Source: Takakia lepidozioides | Taxonomy: Eukaryota > Plantae > Bryophyta | Direction of reading: 5' to 3' | Assembly (NCBI GenBank): GCA_030704615.1 | Contig: CM060731.1 | Coordinates: forward strand, 11,532,001 to 11,596,000 | Length of the DNA stretch: 64,000 nt | In this document: positions 49,481-60,600 of the stretch, one piece after another | Layout of the letters: each line of letters opens with the position of its first letter | Numbering within the stretch: position 1 is the stretch's first letter | Program-made: the position numbers and the translations under genes | Notes under the pieces: generated by a model | Databases searched by the model: none | Seen by the model: the letters and a program-made list of their open reading frames with translations, nothing else | Told to the model about the DNA's origin: nothing

Positions 49481-52400
49481 ATGGCTTCCTCTGAAGCGGA
49501 GTTCTTCTCTGACGACAAACCAGTGTCGTTCTCCTAGGAAGTCCTTGACAATGGATTTGCAATTGTTTTGGAACATGTCTTGGCTACCCGTTTTCAGCTG
49601 CAGAATGGCTCCATCTTTTTGGAGAAAGAGGTGTACGATCTTAAAGGGAAGTTGTTGAAATACTCTTTCCAAAACCGTGATGAGACGGCTCATATCAGCC
49701 AGTGGAGAGTGCGTCCTGGTCGATACAGAGTACTTGGAGAGCCTCGGCGAAAGTCCATTGGGTCATATGTGACGCCCGGGACTACTGTTTCGGTCGTTCA
49801 AGACAAGAGGGAGGTGGTGGTGAAAAAAGAACAGCGTCCTCCACTCCAATCGTTGAGCTTTCGGATTCTTCCGATGATGACATAAGTGAAATTCCAAATC
49901 CAGTCCTTCCTACTGTGGTTGGAGAAGCTGATGAAGAAGAGATTTGTAGTGTCATTCCAAAATTGCGGGCGATGGGAGGAATGGCTGGATTCAAAAGTGA
50001 GTTGCGGGGAATTGATTGGGAATCTTTGAAGCAGGTGCCTGTGAAGTTCTTGCCGGAGAATTTTGATGGTGATATCCTATTCGAGCTGCCTCCTCCTCCG
50101 CGAGTTGGAGGTGTAACAATCATGATGCATGGAATGGACAAGAAACACGACGGGCACCCGTGGTGTAGAACAAAAACATCCAATATTCAGAATGATGACA
50201 AGCTTGTTTTCGGGAGGACAGTTTGCAATGGACACCTTAGGTGTGATAATTTGAATTGCAGACACTTTCTTCAGTCTGGGGTTCATAATCAAAGCGAATG
50301 GGAGGGTCTGGCGGAAAATCCATTTCAGCTTGGGACCGCCCCTCCACCGGCAAACACTTTCGTCTGCAAATTCTGCAAACTTGTGCCATCCTGCTTGGCG
50401 CTCTGCGGAGCAAGAATGTACTATGTTGTCCACCGTTTGAAAACAATGACAAGAGCTTGTGTGCATTTCGGATTCCATAACCATCCTGTCTCGAAGGGGG
50501 ATTATAGGGAGAGTGTTGAGACAGTATCGAGGTTGATTAAACAGGAGTTCGGGAGAAACCCATCCGCAACAACATTTGCAATTGCTCTTGGCGCAAGCAA
50601 GTCCTTCTTGGAAAGCCATATTTTGAGTGAAGGGGATTCTGTGGGGACTAAACTTGACGGTGCAGCATTGGACCTGGTCATGGATCATTTCTCCACTTTA
50701 AGTTCATCGAACATTCGACATCAGATCAATGCATTGAGAATGGGCTCTGGGATTAGAGGCTACATAGACAATATTTTGGAATTGAAACGAGTGAGCAAGT
50801 ACGATTACATCCAGGACAATGTATTCCAAGGTCAACGTGCCATCAAAGTTTTTCTTTTCAAAATGTCGATTGTTGGGGAGGGCAGTGGGGTTAGCCTCGT
50901 GAAGCGGATGCAGAAGACTGGGGACTTGCAGAACTGTTTTATTATGTTTGATCATGTGAAACGAGTGAAGGATTAGACAACAATGGCTTGTCATGTCTAC
51001 GATCCAGTGTACCAACGAGTTATGACAATTGCAGTTTGTGACATGCAATCCGAGGATACGAAATCCCAGAAGCTCATGTGGAATTCCCTGATACGTGTCA
51101 TGGGCTGCCATCTCCAAATTTCGCAGGTTTCATGGCGGATAGTGCTCAAACAAATTTCAATGCTGTTCGTATTGTCTTCGGATCGGGCGACCCAAAAGTG
51201 CCAATGCGAGGAAGAGAGCGTACATGTCTATTCCATTGGACACAATCTCTGGAAAAACATACAAAGTCGGACATCAAACCAGAGATGCAGACTCAGCACC
51301 GTAAATTGTGCAAAGAGTACAAAGATGCTAGAACAATGAAGGAGGCGGACACTTTGTTCCAGACAATTCGTGCCTGGTGGTTCTCTTCTGGAGCTGCATC
51401 ACTTGAGAGTATGAGAGCATTGGAAGATTGGCTGGCGTTTTGGCACTTCCGGTATAGACAGTGGGAAACAGCCATGACAATGGTACGAGGCTTCTATTTC
51501 ATGCTTTATTCATACATTTGCTTTCCATATTTTTGACTCATTGCTTTCTTTATGTTGTTTCCTGTGCACTGTTCTGAAGTGTGGTTATCCTCTTTGCAGA
51601 ACATGTCCATTGAGGAAATGGCGGACATGCCATCTTGCAATTTGGCAGAAACTGTGCAAACGCATGGTTGCAGCAGTCTGGGAAACGAGGTCAGGATTTG
51701 TATGTGGCAACAACAGATGATTTGATACGTGCCTTGCAACAACAAACCCGATACCGTGATTTCTTACGAGGTGGGGTTGGTGGCAAGGGTCCGGACAAAT
51801 GGGAGTTGATGTTGCGTGCTGCAAACAGATCTGGGGATCCAATCAAGATAGCACGGGCGGTGAGCATGTATGCCCAGGGAACGCCACTTGTTTCTAGAGT
51901 TCCACATCTTGAAAGGGAGGAGAGATTCGGCTCCTGTAAGAGGAAATTGAACACTCCACCTGGTTCGGATTCAGATTCCCACAGGGCAGACCGTGATAAC
52001 TTCTTGAAACCTCATGTTCCCCTGCATGACAGCTCTATGTCCGGAACCTCCATTGTGGAGGAACCTCCAACACGACGGCAAGCTCCAGCATCAAACAGTG
52101 CCACTGAAATGGTGCAGGAGAGAAACAACCCCCTTAATGTGCTTGAGTCCGCATGCCCCGACCACGTTTGGCACATAGAACACACAAGTGTAGGGTCTCG
52201 TATGAAATGTACAGCGATCAGAGCAACTAATTTTGAGAAGTGCACTTCATCTATATCCAGAGGTGGTGCTCGAACTCCTGCTCCGACTTTCACGGGCTTG
52301 ATGCGTCCATACGGTCAACCAGAAGCCAAGAACCACAAGTTCTGGTTCTGCGCAGATGATCGTGCCAGATGTGTGCATGGAACTGTGCATCCTTCCGTAG

Positions 52401-52984
52401 TGATGAAGCCATCTCCTCCAACCATTTGGCCCGTGAAGGTGGGAACACATCTCAGCTTTCAGGAGATTGAAATGCTGGAGGAGGCATGTTTTTCCCTTGC
52501 GAGACAACCCCAACTCCATGCATGTGCTACTACTTCTGCGTCCTCCCGGGTCCCCCCGGCAAATCCTCACTTGTGGCCAACCAAACGAGATGGAAAGCTC
52601 GTTCGGCGTTTCCCTCCAACCGCTGAACACTTTGGCAAAGTGGAGTCCGCAAGAATGTTCCAAGCTCGTGTTGGAAGCACCATGGAAGTACCCGATCCAG
52701 GATATGGTCGGGTATTCACAATCATCACTTCCACATCTGTTGTTCATGACAAGACCTACGACATCACGGTTTCCAATTTCCCCAATTGCACATGTCCTGA
52801 TTTTGTGAATATGCTATCAACCAGTTTGGGCAAGAGAGGTAAATTCATACCCTGCAAACATTTGTATTTCATATTTTTGAAGAGGATGGTTTGCGATCCC
52901 AAACGTGACAACTTCATTCACCAGGCCACTATGAGTTTCAACGAGGTCGATACTCTTTTGCAGCGGGATACAACACATGGGTAG
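49481..52984 (+). pseudogene. Mutator-like (MULE) transposase with GCM/WRKY-like N-terminal zinc domain and C-terminal SWIM
   Basis: GHPWCRTKTSN...CNGHLRCDNLNC...CKFC...C...CVHFGFHNHPV; DDE region IMFDHVKR, FMADSAQ, CLFHW, SCNLAE; SWIM CTCPDF...PCKHLY; intron 51483-51599. Stops at ~49534 and 50974-76; frameshifts at ~49840, ~51100, ~51658. Confidence 0.85.
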
Positions 52985-53963
52985 CATCAACTATGCAATG
53001 TGGTATGTGGACGACCATGATTTGAAATGTGTAATTCACATCAATTCGTCGGCGGTGCAATGATATGGCCTCCAACTATATGGAGTGAGCTCTGAGTGAC
53101 AACTTTTAGGTAGTGCACATTTGTCATTGCACCGTTCGAAGTCTACATGTCTTGCTGTCGCTATGCACTACAATCATCTTTTGAAGATGATCCTAACTCT
53201 CATTGTTATTTGAGGAGGGAGGAAGGTCTTCCCGTGGCAGCCTTTATGGCGCACACTTTGTGAGGATATTTTTTCGTCCTCGTAATTGTAAAAGTGAAAC
53301 AAGCATTTGTAATTGCACAATGTTGGATGCTGCATTGTAGGCCTCAACGCTCGTCTTGATTCTATTTAGGCAAGATTCCCTGCATTAATTCCACGGTCAT
53401 AGGACCATCCACGGTTATAGGCGGCGCATGTTAATGCTGACGTGGCAGATGACGGACAGTGCCACGTCATCAATTACCGCCACATCAGCATGCTGACATG
53501 ACGCTCACGCCACGTCACTCCTGCGTGAGCGTACACTCGCGCGCTCACGCGCAACGCTCACGCCATTGCGTCGTTGCCCATGTTCTTACACTGCCTAGGG
53601 GTTCGCTCCCCCTTCATATCTCCCCATGCCTGCTTCCCCTTATGACCGCCCAGATCTCCCCACGTGTCGACATCAGTGATCCCCAGTCTGGTGCCATCGC
53701 CACGTGTCCATCGACTGATCCCCTGCTCCCCCACGTGCCCGCTCCCCTAGATACACTGCACGTGCGGAATGTCTTCCTCGCAGCGACTCTTCGGTGGCGC
53801 CTCTTCGTTGTGGTTTTTCAGCTGCTCTACTCATATCCTCTTTGTTGTCTATGCGTTGCGTTTTCCTTTTGTTCGTTGCAATCCGTGTGCTCTTCCTTGT
53901 TTTCTCTGGCTTCTATTCCTTGTTTGTTCTTTTGTGTATTTCGGCATCGTGTGCTCGTTGCCG

Positions 53964-54620
53964 ATGGCGAAGACTAGGCCTAATGTTGTTCTCCCTGAGG
54001 ATGGTATGCTGGTTTTTTGCACAAGCCTAAGAAAGGGGATGAGGTTCCTTTCTGGTATACGCCAACTGAGTGGGAGGAGATGATAGTGGAGGCAGAGGCG
54101 GACCTCAGAGTTTGTGATGGCGCGAAACAAAGGAATCCCTATAAGTGCAAGTTTTGTGGGTGGCCCATGAAGGATACGGTTAGGTTGAATAGGCATGTCA
54201 TTGATGGGGAGGGTTGTCCTTGGTTGAACATGGTGGATGGTTGGGACGAGGTTGAGTTGCCACTAAAACCCTGGCCCGCTGTCAAGTTCCTGAAGCAGGT
54301 TACTCATTTTGTGGAGAGGTTGAGAGGGTGTACAAACCCCGAAGCGCGGCGCGTACCAGGAGACGACGTGTCCCCTACTGATCGGCAGCAGCAGGAAAAG
54401 GAGCAAGAAAACGAAAGCCTGATGCACCTGCAGCTTCACAAGTGGCTGCCCCTGCAAAGAGGACTAGCCGTAGTGGGTCCGACACTGATTTTGAACGCAC
54501 CAAACCAAAGAAGAGGGCAAAAAAGGTTAAGATTGTTACTACTTTACCCTCCGCCCATGAGAGACAAGCCAAAATGCGGCCTGAACTCGCTGTCATTTGG
54601 AGTAGAAAGCCAAAGAAAAA
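53964..54620 (+). pseudogene. Zinc-finger ORF (CxxC...H....C) of a second MULE element, frameshifted
   Basis: MAKTRPNVV.../HKPKKGDEVPFWYTPTEW...YKCKFCGWPMKDTVRLNRHVIDGEGCPW, followed by a basic low-complexity tail. Confidence 0.5.
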
Positions 54621-54737
54621 ATATCCCTACAGCCGTGAGGAGACAGCAGCAGAAATGGGGGGGATCGGTCTCAAAGTCAGGGGGGCCAGTCCGGAAAACA
54701 ACGAAGACACGGACATGTGGGGGAGCAGACCACACAC

Positions 54738-55970
54738 CTTGTATTCATTGGTTCCGAAGGTTGCATCACAAGAGACGATTCGTTTGTCACCCATGTCGAG
54801 CATTGTTTTTTTTTCTGAAATTCTGTTTGAATGCCTATGGCAAATTTGAGGTCGACATTGCCACGCCGTGTTCATCCAGTAGGGGCATTGGCGCGTGTCC
54901 TCTTGATAGAAGAAAATACTCTGGGGCTGGGCCTCCTTCCACATCTTCAGACTGGTCCCCTCGTCCTTATGTCACTTGAAAGTCTCACATGCAAGCTTGT
55001 CCATGATGTTTCTAATGTCATGCTCAAGCATAACATCATCACGACACCACTTCTCTCCATTGACCTTGCTGAATACCTGTTATTCATGTCGGGCCATGAT
55101 TTCAGCAGACGACAACCCAACACGTATGCTATCCGTTATCCACATCTTAACCTCTTCACTAAGGTGAGGTGCGTGCGCAAAACGGGTGTTACTTGAAGTC
55201 AGGTCAGTGTAGCCATGGCAGACCTTGTCACATCCATCAACATGGTTTTTGTTGTAGTATGTTATGACAACAAAAGAAGGATCCAGGTAGCATCGTCCAA
55301 TCCTAAACTGACAGAGGCAACCCCTCTTGATGGACTCTCCCTGAACAGCTTTCGTCCATCTCGGCCCTTTATGGTTGTTGTAAGAAGACGATGAAGCATC
55401 CAACACACACCCTCTCCTGCCGTTCCTTCTCTTCAAAGAATGTTTATTGACAAGTACTACATTTGTGTGCTTGTCCTTAGGTCCATAAGAACAATGGAAC
55501 CTGAACAATGATGAGAACTATGTCGGCGGAGTGGATTACTCAGAGCAAGAGAACATAGCATGTTGACAAAATAGAAGAGCAAACAATGCAAACAAGCAGC
55601 ATGCCATTACAAAGAACACACAGAGACCATCCAGAAACCACAAAGGTGAAGACGGACTTTATCACAATAGAGCAACTATTGGCCCTTGGAGCTAAGAGCT
55701 CGCCCTCCTCATGCTTTCCTCTTTTAGGCACCATTATGTTGAAGTGAGTGGGCGCCTCTGCCCTTTCTTCCTCCTCTCTCATAAAATCGTTGATCTTGGT
55801 CCAATGATTGACCGTAACATCCGTATTTGCACGATGTCCACCTCCACTTGAAATAGTTGAAGTCCATATAGGCGACCTGTGGTTGAAGGAACCATCCGGG
55901 GGTATTTGCAACGTGCCACGTAGCTGTGATAGAAGGAATGACGTGCGGAACTCCGAAGATCCAGTCATGA
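54738..55970 (-). pseudogene. N-terminal half of a plant MULE-SWIM-family transposase
   Basis: KINDFMREEEE...THFNI; FHCSYGPKD...IKRGCLCQF...YYNKNHVD...CHG...APHLSEEVKMWI...GLS; IFFYQE...IVSCDATFGTNEYK (first catalytic Asp). The remainder of the transposase is absent. Confidence 0.8.
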
Positions 55971-55999
55971 TGCTCGGCACCCCTGTAGGAACAGTACAC

Positions 56000-57199
56000 A
56001 GCACGGTGGGCGGGTGCGGGCGATGGCCTGGGGGATCGCGCCGTCCATGGGATGAGGGGATCAACGGCAAGCGGAGTGCCACGTGGCGTGTGTCAGTGTC
56101 ATGGGGCCTTCATCCGGCCATCGTCCATCCCCTACGTGGGCGGATGGCGGGGGGATGAGGGGCGGATGACCCAAAACATGAGATTGGATGGATGCGCAGG
56201 GGATCGACAATTCGTGGGAGCAGCACGTGGCAGGCGATTAGGGTGGGGGATCAGTCCTGGTCCGGAGTGGGGATCAAGCCAGGTCGGGGGGAGCGGCGAC
56301 GTCTCGGGGGATCGCGCCGTGGATGGGACGAGGGATCGGCGGCAGGGGAGCGCCACGTGCCGGCCGATGGGTGGAGGAGGATCAGTCGCCATTGGACGGG
56401 GGATCAACTGAGGGGGGGGGGGCGGGGACCGGCGACGTCTCGGGGGATCGGGCCGTCGATTGGAAGAAGGGATGGGCGGCGGGGGGGGAGTGGTACGTGG
56501 CATGTTAGTGTCATCAGCCCTTCATCCGGCCGTCATCCATCCCCTGTGCGGGAGGATGGGGGGGGGATGAGGGGCGGATGACACACAACATCCTTGTTTG
56601 TGAGGTTGGATGGATGCGCAGGGGATCGACGGTTCGGGGAGCCGTACGTGGCGGGCGATTAGGGTTGGGGGATCACTCTCGGTCCAGAAGGGGGATCAAG
56701 GCACGTTGGGGGAGCGGCGACGTCCCGAGGGAGCGCGCCGTGGATGGGAGGAGGGGATCAACGGCGGGGGGAGCGCCACGTGGCGATGGACGCGTCATGG
56801 GCCTCATCCAGCCTTCATCCATCCCCTCCACGGTGAGGAGGGCGGGGGGGGGGGAAAGGGGCAGATGCCCCACATCATCCATTTAATTGAGTTGGATGGA
56901 TGGGGAGGGGGATCGACGGTTCGGGGGAGAGCCACGTGGTTGGAGATGGGGTGGGGATCACTCCGGCATTGGAAGGGGGATCGACCGAGTGAGGGGATCC
57001 ACGGCGGGGTCCGCCACGTGGCTGGAGATCGGGCGGTGTTGGGGCGCCGCGTGGCCAGGGGTCAATGCCGGGCGGGGCGGGCGGGCGGGTGGAGGAGTCG
57101 GAAAGGGTGGGGATGATTTGACATGGGGCGTCCGGCTCGCCAACGAGGCTGCCGGAGCGGGGTTCCCGGCTGTACCTCGCGGGCCGTACCTGTCAGCTC
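56000..57199. repeat. GC-rich subterminal repeat array and probable end of the second MULE element
   Basis: Repeated GGGGATC and (GC)CACGTG(GC) motifs with a ~415-bp duplication (56140 versus 56555). The same motifs occur inverted (GATCCCC, CCACGTG) at ~53600-53770; the array ends ...GTACCTGTCAGCTC. Confidence 0.65.
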
Positions 57200-57630
57200 A
57201 CACCCTTGAATTAAAATCAAGCCACATCCATATTGGGACAGGAGTCCGGGAGCCTAGAATCAGAAAACTACGTTGGAGAAGTGGAGCCATTTTGTTTCAC
57301 ATTGTTTTTATTCAGTATAAAAACTCATGAATCGAATTTGCACCCCATTTTGTAAAAGGCTCGATACACAACAAGTGGGAGGAAGTCTCAATGGAGAGGT
57401 TTATTTGAGTGTCCAGAGCCCATGGCAAGCTTCTACTCTGAAGTCAGTTCACCAGACCACGACTGACAACTTCACTGAAGTTTGGGACGCGAGATTGATG
57501 TTGGTGCGGAAGATTTGTCTGTTTTTTCCACAAATTTTGAAGGGTGAGCACTTCTTGGGGGATGTAGCAAGAACGGCATATGGTGGACATTGTCTAGCTT
57601 CTTCCAGGACCAACTGAGATTAGAGAGAGT

Positions 57631-60600
57631 ATGGCAACCATTTGGACAACTGTAGCTAGGGTTCTGGAGTGGATATGTTGTGGATCTTCATCTTCCCTGA
57701 CCACCCAAGCTAATCCACCGGAGGATCATGATCTATCCCCTGAGGTTGTTTCAGGTGGCCTAGAATCACTGGGAAACTACGATGGTACTGTGGGCGTGGA
57801 AGACAAACAAGCTTATCCTGTGCATCAGTTGTGGCCACCATGTCCACGTGATACTAATTTTGATGTGGTGTTTTTCCATGGCCTACAATTTTCTGCCGGA
57901 GAGGATACATGGAAAAAAACATGGATGCAACGTGATGCTGTTGAAGTGTGTTGGCCTGAGAAGTGGCTGCCAAACGACTTGGGTGGGAATGTACGTGTGC
58001 TGATGCTATCATACGACGCAAACACCATAAAGCAGCAAGGGGTAGATGATGTCTCAGAGATCGCGAAGAATCTGATGCAAAGTGTGGTGATAAGGTCTAT
58101 TTTGTGCTGAACCCACAAACCCATTTGCCTATTGGATGAACTGGACAAAATTGCTTGATGCTGGTTTAGGGAGAACTAATCAAAATATCAGAAATGTGGT
58201 TGGACATCAGACACCACACCTAGACGGATTTGACTTCGCGAGAGTGTGCACGATTTATCCAGTGCGCATAATTGTTTTGTTCATTTTTGTCTGCACAGTC
58301 CTCATGAATCACCATGGTTTGCTCTGTATTGCAGTGACACTTGGAAGTTGGGCCAGCATCACCCTTTCGTGCTTGTGGGTCACAGCTTTGGCGGGCTTTG
58401 TCATTAAGAGTATGGTGGTGGAAGCTAAAAGGTTATCACATAGCAAATGTTTGAATGAGCTGGACAAGAGAGCTGTCCACTCGGCCAAGGCTTTTCTGAA
58501 GAATCTGAAAGGTGTGGCCTTCTACGCCGTTCCTCATGCGGGTTCCAACCTGACCTTGTATGCCAGGCGGTGCAACCAGGTGTGGGGTGGTATGACGACA
58601 CGGTGGGCAGGAATTATGCGGAATGTGGAGCCTTTCCAGCTGCAAATGGCAGAGTTGTCTACAGATTTTGACAAAGCAGTGCCTGACTCCCTCAATGTGT
58701 TCGCCTTTGCTGAGGGCAAGCCTACAAGAAATGCGGTGAGCTTTGCTCTACATGGTATCGAGGTTAAGCTATAAATGTGGTAATTTTCTGTCGGTTGCCA
58801 TGAAAATTCAAGAGGACTTTGAATATATCTAGATATACCGCCTGATTGTTTTCTCTCTCCTAGGAAGGAAGGTTCTTGTCGGTGAGGAAATCTCTTCCTT
58901 TTTCCTGCAAGGCAGAAAGAGACGCCCATATCTTAGGCAGAAGACCTAGTACTTATCATGTGGGCTCAATGTGTGGGGTTATGAGGTGCATGGTGATCTG
59001 TCACTCCTAGGGGAATTGTACGATGAACATTCATTGGATTGCACTGCGCAAATGAGAGTAATACAAAAGTGGCAAATGTCAACAGGGAATGGTGGTGGAA
59101 CATGCTTCTGCACAGGCACTCTCTGGATACAACAACTATAAACTTGAAGACAGTGATCACACAGAAGTTTGCAAGCCAATTGGCAGGAAACATGAAAGCT
59201 ACCAACAACTTCTACAGTTCTTGAAACTTTGCTGCGATGATGTTGCCCGGCTGCAGCACGTTTTGCCACACCGAGTCGGATTAGAAGAGTCATTGAAGAT
59301 TGTGATTGATAACTAAACCAGATGGGGGACAGTGTGGGGGTTTTGGGTGTGTGTGGCATGGGTGGGATTGGGAAAACAACGCTCACCAAGGAGGTATACA
59401 ACCAATTTGCAGGGCATAATAAATTTGAGAAGCTGAGCTTTCTCAAGGATGTAAGATCGAGTGGAGTTCTGAATTTGCAAAAACAGCTGGTGCTTGACTT
59501 ACTTCAAGAGGATGTCAAAAATGGTGATGATTTCTTTTACTGGTTTGAGCGGCTCATGGGTTGGAAAGTGCTCATTGTTGTTGATGACATAAGTCAGAGG
59601 AGCCAATTTGAACAGCTCATACCTTGCATCGACAAACTTGCTCGGGGTAGCCGAGTTCTCATCACATCATGTGATCAAAACCTCTTGAGCAACATCATGA
59701 AAGGAAGTGCAGGAGCAGAAGTCTATGAAGTGCAGGTGCTGACCCCCTCAGACTCGCAACAGCTCTTCAACTGGCATGCCTTCGATAGAGAGAAAGCCAG
59801 TGATGGCTTTCAAGAGCTTGCAAAGCAGGTTGCGGATGCTTGTAGTGGCCTTCCACTTGCATTGGAAGTTATTGGAGCGTTTTTGTTCGACAAGAAAAAC
59901 CCAGAGCATGAAGGTTGTTGGCATTAAGCAGCCATGACAATGCGGGAAGATGGAGATATTCTTGACAAGCTCAAGATCAGCTATGATGGTCTTTCTAAGG
60001 ATGCTGATAAGCTGATGTTTCTGGACGTAGCCTGCTTCCTGATTGGCAAGCATGAACATATGGTGATGCAAATATGGGAATCATGTGAATCCTACAGTGG
60101 ACTACAGGTGTCGTTCCGCACACTCATGGACAAGTGTTTAGTAAAGTTGGATGGGGACAGACGATTGAGAATGCACGATCTTCTCCGCGACATGGGACGG
60201 GATGTGGTCCGTAAGCAGTCACACATTGAAGGGCAGCGAAGCCACTTGTGGGATCCTGTCATGGCAGAACGAGTATTGTGAAAGAACCAGGTAGGTTCTA
60301 AGTACGCTAATTATAGGACTTGTGAAACACTTCTGATGCAGTGTGGATCCAAATCTTCATGCACGAGCTTTTATTGACCTGGGTCTACAAGGAAAAGACA
60401 CAAATGATCTACATTCTGCCTGTAATTTGCCTTTTCACTACAATGCTGCAAATTGAACATTCACATGTACGAGAGGTCATTTTGCAAACTGGAGAAGGTC
60501 ATTATAAGTGCTTGAGCATTAAACATTCTATATGGTCTTGATGTGCAATTCCTGCAATCCATATAAGTCTTCCAAGTGCCCACGTGGCCCCATGTCATGC

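Noticed and set aside
56052-57330. Many overlapping G/R/P-rich ORFs
   Set aside because: Artefacts of GC-rich repeats with few stop codons; no domain signal.
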